From assembly GCF_031082295.1 (NCBI RefSeq), contig NZ_JAVHLD010000002.1, positions 40,976 through 104,975 on the forward strand: 64,000 nt of DNA. Direction: 5' to 3'. Shown one piece after another: positions 8,901 through 16,200 of this stretch. Each line of letters begins with the position of its first letter. The stretch's first letter is position 1. The stretch is from Humidesulfovibrio sp. (GTDB lineage: Bacteria; Desulfobacterota; Desulfovibrionia; Desulfovibrionales; Desulfovibrionaceae). Under the pieces are notes generated by a model. That model ran no database searches, had not been told where the DNA came from, and saw nothing but the letters and a program-made list of their open reading frames with translations. The position numbers and the translations under genes are program-made.

Positions 8901-9635
8901 GCCGGTGGCGGGAGCCTCGGCTTCAGCCGCATGAAGCTCAAGTCCGGCTCGCTGCCGCTGGCTCTCCACGATGTCTTTCTGCGCCTGGACACCAGCGGCC
9001 CGCTCCCTGCCTTGCGCTCTTTTCGCGCGGGCCTGTTGGGCGGAAACATGCTGGGCAGCCTCCAGGTCAAGGGCGCTCGGGGCGACTACGCCCTGGCGGC
9101 CGACCTGAGCTTCACGGGCATCGATCCGTCACGGTTCTTCCCCGGCAAGGCCGCCAAGGACCTTGGCGACAAGGCCGAGACGGCAGGCCGCGTGAGCGTG
9201 ACCCTGCCCCTGACGCCCGACGCGGAAGCCCTGCTGCAACGCATCGGCCTGCGCGCGGACATCACCAAGATCGGCCCGCGCACCCTGGAGCGCATGCTCT
9301 ATGCGCTCGATCCCGACGAGCAGAACGAGACCATCGTGCAACAGCGCCGCCTCATGGACATCGGCTATCCGCGCTTCGTGAACCTGGGATTGGCGTACGG
9401 CAACCTGAGCCTGTCCGGCGCGGTGGAGGTCAAGGGTTTCCAGTTGGACCTGCCGCGCATCGACCGTTTGCCCGTCGGGAACCTCCCCATTGGCACACAA
9501 CTCAAAAAGGCACTGGCGCCCATGCCCAAGCTCATCAAGACCCTGGACGCAGTCTCGTCCAACAGCCTCTGCCGTGACCCAGCAGGGTCGCTCAAGGTTT
9601 CCGGCAACAACGATCAAGAAGGAGTCGCACCATGA
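5928..9635 (+). CDS. AsmA-superfamily (YdbH-type by context) inner-membrane-anchored periplasmic bridge protein, 1235 aa
   Basis: Single N-terminal TM, then AsmA-type pattern (KVEQALSASTGKDATVRQLSFGW...LSVKFDFLKAL) and long alternating-hydrophobic beta-strand sequence; followed by a DUF1318 gene as in ydbH-ynbE-ydbL. Confidence 0.7.
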   Translation: MSEQRQDQQSFFLKRKWLRRLLFCLAAIAALLVAVVLAIPAMVSSDWARNKVEQALSASTGKDATVRQLSFGWSEGLNVGGLNVGQGGLDDEAFLCSLETLSVKFDFLKALRKDMHLTVSVSGLRLRQIVEPTPPHAEPQPTELPKPLPKLLRDSLSALRQGLKPSPRSGDAHILVDVSDIEARLIFVADNSTLDIRDVTFRLSVPGLANGPVRLNAGFKTLLNGKELAPLKLEALLEGLVDETGQLNPAQARLKANAEAPGVALLALGSVGKGFKTDLRVDLRKLAPLLKPFVGSALPDVSGALAIGLTAAQPDTDHLNLGLVAFVDSLRAAGGPLGPKSAGPFAMNLLQEASVDLKTGAIQLPGKLRLLNKSTADWQGEVTGLNESQPKLNLNVHPIHLQLDELMNAARAWIPPGISIAAATLDIQSMVLQAALPTNAGGKLQALASLKDLNLEAKNVTRTSGQERLSIARSQLVLETAQVELPGKAPGQLSAKAMVTVEGLRQQGKTPVSVKRMALTHLAARVDGLAQDSAGLFGVLGAAALDITGEVQGIDIPKMAQVPSLKHTVTLRADLPATKSATARLEALTLDAPRLRVLLPGKRPVDTPLALHLSVPDISLSDSSPMEVGIADAKLTLELGQALRLLTTSSMQGKAVRSSGTMTLDVQRLLALATPLLPSKAQGSGGVALDWKLSAVLPQPQGPVQQPVKLSKTLARLDFLKELEAVLTLTDVNLDWPKAGTAQAGGGKPGDVLRLRSLSTPKPLRVNTSGGLRESSLRGSLAFGPLDELPGVGALAKPLRGLVTVNAAQQGLRSLQLSEILHTDGLELDQSLNIALDRLDQVLDRDKDRFAAILEHVDGTISFAAKTGLATLSAQAGKAQAAQKLSGKGNLEAGFDAKLSSGRSLALSARLLSPGLDLNLGPNLAISGLTSSLRLNKRYALQPGLRCAGPSHEVLQPLSEQVFDLFPSSTPSSNFADDDNAVAHARLSEFQAGGGSLGFSRMKLKSGSLPLALHDVFLRLDTSGPLPALRSFRAGLLGGNMLGSLQVKGARGDYALAADLSFTGIDPSRFFPGKAAKDLGDKAETAGRVSVTLPLTPDAEALLQRIGLRADITKIGPRTLERMLYALDPDEQNETIVQQRRLMDIGYPRFVNLGLAYGNLSLSGAVEVKGFQLDLPRIDRLPVGNLPIGTQLKKALAPMPKLIKTLDAVSSNSLCRDPAGSLKVSGNNDQEGVAP

Positions 9636-10225
9636 AACGATTGATCCTGACGACCTCCCTCGTGGCACTGGCCACCCTGTCCGGCTGCACCCTTGCCGAG
9701 GTCAAGGTCAACGTCGCCAGCGAACGAACCTCCCTTGAGAACCAGATCCTCGGCTCGTACAATTCCCTGTCCGAGGAGACGCTGCTCGTGGCCTCGGTGC
9801 GCGGAGTGGATCCACTCGGCCGCATCCAGACCCCGCCACGCAAGAGCCGGGAACAGCAGGACGCCATCACCGCCATGCAGGTCACAAGCTTCCATGCGGA
9901 CGACGTGGACGCCTTCAAGCGCCTGGGCTGGGTGGGCGAGGACAACAAGGGCCTGCTCACCGGCTTCCCGCTCACCAGGGACAACGCCCCGGACGACCTC
10001 AAGGATTTCGCCGCGCGCTACCAGCAGAATGAATTCAATGCGGTTCTGGCCGAGGTCAACCGCGCTCGCGACACCATCATGCGTCGGGCCATCGAGACCA
10101 ACGCCTCCCTCACCCAGGCCGACTTGCCCAAGGTGCGGGGCGTGTTCGCGAAGCTCAACGAAGACACGGCAAAACCCGGGGAGAAGGTGCAGACCCCTGA
10201 CGGCGCCTGGACGGTGAAGAAATGA
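9632..10225 (+). CDS. DUF1318/YdbL-family lipoprotein
   Basis: Lipobox LSGC; GWVGEDNKGLL motif, EVNRARDTIMR helix, PGEKVQTPDGAW end; ATGA overlaps on both sides. Confidence 0.75.
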   Translation: MKRLILTTSLVALATLSGCTLAEVKVNVASERTSLENQILGSYNSLSEETLLVASVRGVDPLGRIQTPPRKSREQQDAITAMQVTSFHADDVDAFKRLGWVGEDNKGLLTGFPLTRDNAPDDLKDFAARYQQNEFNAVLAEVNRARDTIMRRAIETNASLTQADLPKVRGVFAKLNEDTAKPGEKVQTPDGAWTVKK

Positions 10226-13200
10226 ACGCGCGACCCTTCCGACAACTTTACCGGCAGATTTTAGCGGGATCCTGCCTGGCGCTGGCCCTGCTGCCTTGGC
10301 CAGCCACGGCTGCCACCCCGAAGGCGACTCCGGCGGCTGTGCCCCAAACCCAGCTTGACCAGTCGGCCAAGGCACTGTCCGAAGAGGCATTGCGCGCCAC
10401 GGGGAAACGCCTTGCGCCGCGTCGCGTCGAGGTCAATCGCCCCGTGCAGGTCACGTTCGAGACCGGAGCCGTGCAGCATCTGGACATCACGCCTGATGGA
10501 AAGTGGCTGGCCTACACTCGCCAGAGCAACGGCTACAGCGAGCTTTGGGTGCGCGGCTTGGGTGACGGCCTCACCGGCCTGCCCAGACGACTGGCCCCGG
10601 CACTGGCCGACCGCCTTTCCCCTGCGCTTTCGCCCGACGGCCGACGTATCGCCTTCGTCGGCATGGAGGACGATGTCAAAGGCGACATCTACCTCCTTGA
10701 CCTGGCCAATCCCCAGGCTCAAGCACAAAAGCTGACGGGCCGCGCCACCGAGGACCGCTCGCCCTGCTTCAGACCGGACGGCAAGAGCCTGTACTTCCAA
10801 CAGCGCGACGAGGGCGAGCCAAAGCGTCGCATCGTTGCCCTGGAACTCGCCAACCTTTCGTCCGCCCCGCGCGCCCTCGACACTGACGGCGACGCCGCCC
10901 AGCCCACCCTTTCGCCTGATGGACGCCGGCTTGCCTTCGTCTCGGCGCGCACGGGCGTCAGCGCCGTGTACGTCATGAACCTGGCCTCCGGCGCAGCAGC
11001 CGGACTTCCGCAAAAGCTCACCACGGACGTCCTGCCCCAGGCCTATCCGCGCTTCACGCCCGATGGCATGACCGTGCTGTTCACCACCGCCCCGGTCTTT
11101 GGCGTGACTTCGGACCAGGGCGGCATCCAGACCGTCATCGCACGCGCACCAGTGCCAGCAGATGCCGGTCAAAGCAGCAAGCCTGAAGACCTGACCTCGG
11201 CCCAGGGGGCTGACCTTTCCCCGGTCATGGCCGCGGGCAGGCTGTTCTTCCTGGCCTCGCGCGCCCTTGGAAACACCATCCCGTCCAATGTGTTCAGCCT
11301 CCCGCCAGAGGGCGAGATACCAGACAAGTCCTCCGCGGAGCTGATGACACTCGCCGAAACGCTGGCCAGCCAGTTGCCCGTTGATCGGCACCTGACCATC
11401 CTGGCCTTGGGCAAGGCCGCGCGGACTTCAGGCTACCGCGGCGACATCGCCGCCAAGGCTCTCCTCGGAATGGGGCGGCAGTATGAAAGCCTCGGGCTTG
11501 AGACCCCTGCTCGGCAGGCTTTCGATGCCGCTTCGGCGCTTGATGTGCAGCCCGAGTCGGGCTTTGCCCACATCCGCAGCCTGCTCCTCGGCGTGGCCGA
11601 GGATACCCGCCAGGCTCTGAACGACAAGGGCAGGCGCGCGGCGTTGCAGGCGGGGCTGAAGGCCCTTTCGGGCATTGCCGCCAAGCCGGCCGATACCCCC
11701 GCGCAATCGCGCGTGCAGGCCCAGGCCCGCCTGGAACAGGCCCGGCTGCTGCAAAGCGCCGGGGACTCCAAGTCCATGGCCGAGGCCATCCGCCTCCTCG
11801 ATGCGCAACTCGCCGTGCGGGGCATCGCGCCGGAACAGGCTGCCGAGGCGCTCTTCCTCAAGGCCGAGACCTTTGGGCGCATCGGCCAGGTGCAGGCAGT
11901 GCTCCCCATCCATGCCCAGGTCATCCGCGACTACCCGGACAATGGCCCCTGGGCCGACATGGCCGTCTCGCGCGTGCTGGACCGCACCGTGGAGGCCGCC
12001 GGACCGAAACCTGAAGCCCAGGCCCAGGCCCTGCTTCTCTTGTCGGGCCAGCATCGCCTGGACCTGCCCAAGCTCTCACTCGGCGCTTTGAACCGGTTGG
12101 GGGATGTGTATTACGCCTCGGACGAATGGTCCAAGGCCAAGGACGCATACCGCCAGGCCCTGGACAATGCCAACGCATGGCAGAAGCAGTCTCCGCAGAA
12201 CGCCTCGCAGGTGGCCACGCAGGTTGCCGCCGCCCGGCTCGCCCTGGCGGAGATACTCTACCGCGAGGAACGCTTCCATCAGGCGCTTGATCTCTACGAG
12301 AGCGAAATGGCCTCGCGCCCCTTCGAGGACCGCCTGTACCGCCTGGCCAAGACAGCGCACCTGCGCAAGTCGACAGCGGCGGGCGACTATCTGCTGCGCA
12401 TCGGCGAGGTGCCCTCGGCCCGGGCGATCTTCGCCGGGCTCCTGCGTGACGACCCGGACTTCGTGCCCGCCCACAGGGGCATGATCCGCGCGGCGGCGGC
12501 GCTCAAGACCATCCCCGCCACCCTGGCGGAATACAGGCAGAAGCTGTCCGCCAAGCCGGACGACGCCACCCTGCTCTACGCCACGGGCCTCACCCTGACC
12601 TATGAGAACGGCAAGGCGCCGCTCCTTGAGGCGCGCGACCTCATCAGCCGGGCCATCCAGAAGAATGGCCAGGTGGAGTACTTCCACCAGACCCTGGGCT
12701 ACATCGACGAGGTGCTGGAGACGGTTCATGGTGAACGCGGGCGGCTGGAAGCGGCGCTGGAGTCCTATCAGCGCGCGCGTTTCCTCAACAGCCGCGAGCA
12801 GAACCCGGAAAACGCCGCCAACCTCGACATGAACATCGGCAACATCCACTTCCTGCTGGGCCAGTATGCCCAGGCCTTTGAGGAGTATGGCAAGCGCCAG
12901 GACTCCAAGGTGCCTTTCGACAACCCGGAAACCGAGATCCTGTTCTATCAGCGATTCGGCACTTCCGCCTTCCAGGCCCGCGAGCGCGACAAGCCAAGCC
13001 TCGCGTTTGCCAAGTCCCTGGAGCTTGTCGAGCAGCGCATCCAGCCAAAGTACGCCTCCGAGGTCTTTGGCCGTATCAACAAGTTCGTGTTCGACCGCGT
13101 GCTCACACTTGCCCTGGGCCACGCAGACTTGGCCGAGAAGGCCAAGACTCTGGCCACGCGCCAGTCCGAGCTGAACAACCGGCTCTTCGAGGCCAGCATC

Positions 13201-16200
13201 AAGCCCGCCGGACCGCCGCCTGACCCGGCCTTTGGCGTGTACGTCAAGGCAGTGCAGGAGCTCTTGTCCGAGCAGGAGCGGATCATCGGCGAGTTGCCGC
13301 CGCTGATGCAAAAGGACCGCGAGGCGTCCATGCAGACGCTCTTCGTCATGGCGGGAAAGGTGCGCGAGGCCCTGGGCTTTCCGCCCCGGTTCGTGCAACT
13401 GCGCGCGGAATTGTACGACCGCCTGGGGCTTGCGCATCAAGAGGCCGGTCGCTGGCACGAGGCCAGAGAGGCCTTTGAAAAGGCGCTCGTCATGAACACG
13501 TCCCTGGGCCTCAACCAGAACCTCACGGCCAACCAGCGATCCGTTGCCTACTGCGCGTACATGGAGGCGGGACTGACCACGGGCCTTGATCGCGACAAGC
13601 TGCTTGCTACCGCCGAAGCCGGCTTCCGCCGCATCCCGGAGTTGGTGAGCAAGTATGGCGTGGCCGACAAGAAGGGCGGCAGGGCCGGCAAGGGACTGAT
13701 CAACATCGACCTGGACGTGAGCCTGGACAAGTCCACGGCTTCCCAGGCCGCATACGGGTTCAGCGCCGAGCAGGAGCTGCGCCTGGCTGAGACGTTCCTG
13801 GCGCGCATCGCCACCGAGCGCGGCCGCCCGCGTGAAGCCCTCGGGCTGGTCGAACGCCAATCCACCGCCTTCGAGAAGGGCTCCGTCGCGCCACAGGACA
13901 CCTTTGGCGCGGCCCTGCTGCTGCACCGCGCCGGCATGCTGGAAGCCTCTCTCGGCAGCGAGCCGCAGGCCTTTGAGCGTTTCCGGCGCTCCGCAGAGCT
14001 GTCGCTGGAGATGAAGAATCCTGTCAGCGCCTCGCTGAACGTCATCGACATGGCCGCAACCCTGTTGCGGATGCCCTTTGATTCCAAGGAATTTGCGCTA
14101 CGCCTGAACGAACTGCGCCGTGTGGAGGCCCTCGTCGCCGAGGGCTTGCGGCATAAGCTGCCCGGTGGCGATTCCCTGTCCGCACCGGCCTTCCAGAACA
14201 TCATGGCCGCGCAAAACATGGCCCTGGCGGAGCGCCTGCCCGTCACCGACGCACTCAGCGCGGCACGGCGCATGGAACTGCTGGCACGCTCCGGCCAGCG
14301 GCTTGCCGAGGGCCTGTCCTGGTTCAAGAACAGCCTACCCGCTGGCAACCGCCGCGCACTTGCTCTCAACGCCGCCTTGCACCTGAACCAGGCCGAGCTT
14401 GCCTTGCGCCTGGGTGAAGACGACGTTCGCGCCGAGCAGCTGAACGCAGCCCTGGTCCTGGCCGATGAAGGCCTGCTGCCGGGCTTGCGTTGGCGCGCAT
14501 TGGCAGGCCTCGGGCGCCTCAAGGAAGCCCTTGGCGTCGTGCAGGCCCTGCCGCTGGACGAGGCCTCCTGCGGCGCTGGCGAGATCACCGGAGCTTTTGC
14601 GCCCCTGGTGGCAGCGCTGGTGGACGCCGGTAAGGCCGAAGACGCATACAACCTGACCGAGCGCCTGTCTGAACTGGAACGCGTGGGCCGCATGGGTCGG
14701 CTCGGCGTGGCGCAGCCAACCCAGGCAGAATCCCAGCTCTTGCGGCGCACCGCGCTGAGACTGCTGGCCATCCGCGACCTCAAAGCCCGTATTACAGCCA
14801 CCAAGGGCGATGACCGCGTCGACCTCTCGCGCCGGTTGAGCCAGGAGGAAGAGATCCTCCAGCGCGACCTTGGCCTGGACCGCGAGTCCCTTCCCGGCGT
14901 GGCCCGTCTGGGCAACAGCGTCGCCGAGCAGGACTGGCTGACCATCCTGCACGGCTTGTCGCTTGAGGCTTCGGCCGCTGCCGACTCCGCCGCGAGCGGC
15001 TCCGCCGAGCAGCGATCCCGTCACGCCCAGTTGATGACGCGTCTTGGCGCGCTCAAGGCCGAGGCCGGGAAATCCATCGGCAGGCTGGACGCGCCTGGAG
15101 CCTTGGGCCTGTATCTAGCCGCGCCGAGCGAGGCCATCGACCTCATGGAGAACCTGCCGAAGAACACCAGCACGCTACGCGTCGTTGCCCTGCCTTCGCC
15201 TCGCCGGGATGCGATGCGCTGGGTGGGCCTGCGCCTGGACGCCGATTCCGTTCGTTCCGTGGCCCTTGGCAGCGGCCCTCGCCCGACGCTTCCAGCCGTT
15301 GCTCCAGGGGAACAGCGCCTGCTGGCCTTCGAGGATCCGGGATTCATCGCATCGGATGACTTGCGCACGGCCCAAGCCGGAGCCTTGAGCGGCACGCATC
15401 TGGTTCGCTCGTTCAAAGCGCGCAAGCCCTTCCGCAAGAACCTGGTCTTCATCACCGGCTCGGCCCAGGCCGCATCAATCGGCTTCAAGGGCTTTGACAC
15501 AAAGTCCGTGGCATCTTCCGCCGCCGGCTTGCGGCAATCTCTGGCCCAGGCCCACACCGTGGTTGCGGAGACCCCAGCCCGCCTGTCGCAGTCTGCGCCC
15601 AGCCGTCAGGATGAGCTGCCGGTGCGATTCCTGGCGTTGACCCCGGCCAAGGGAGAGCCGCTGCCGCTGACCGGCCTGGCCACGGCCATGCAGGATGTCT
15701 CCCTTGCCGTGCTGACCCAGGTCCCTGCGGAGAGCCTGCCGCTTGTCGTGCATCTCCTGTCCCTCTACGGCGTGCCCTCGGTGCTGGCCGCACAGGAAGC
15801 GGACGCCAGCGGCAAGGGGTTCACCACCTCCTTCCTGACAGCCTACGCCGAGGATTCGGCGGCCAACGCCCGCGCCAAGGCGCATGCCTCGGGCAAGGAC
15901 ACCGCTTCCTGGCTGCTCCTGGGCGATCCGGGGCTAAACGTCGCTCAGGCCGGCGCCTTCGCCGCCACCCAGTTTGCCCGCTACGTGCGCTCCGGCATGG
16001 AAGACTTCAAGTCGGGACGCCATGCCCAGGCGTTGTCCCTGTTCGAAAACGCCCTGCGCGTAGCCCGGTCGTCGACCCAATTCAGCAAGCACTTGCCTGA
16101 CCTCTTGTCATACTGCCGCGAGAGCGCCTACGCCTCCGACCAGTTCGACAAGTCCCTGGCCTATGCCAAGGAGCTTGCGGCCCTGGTGGCCAAGTCCAGC

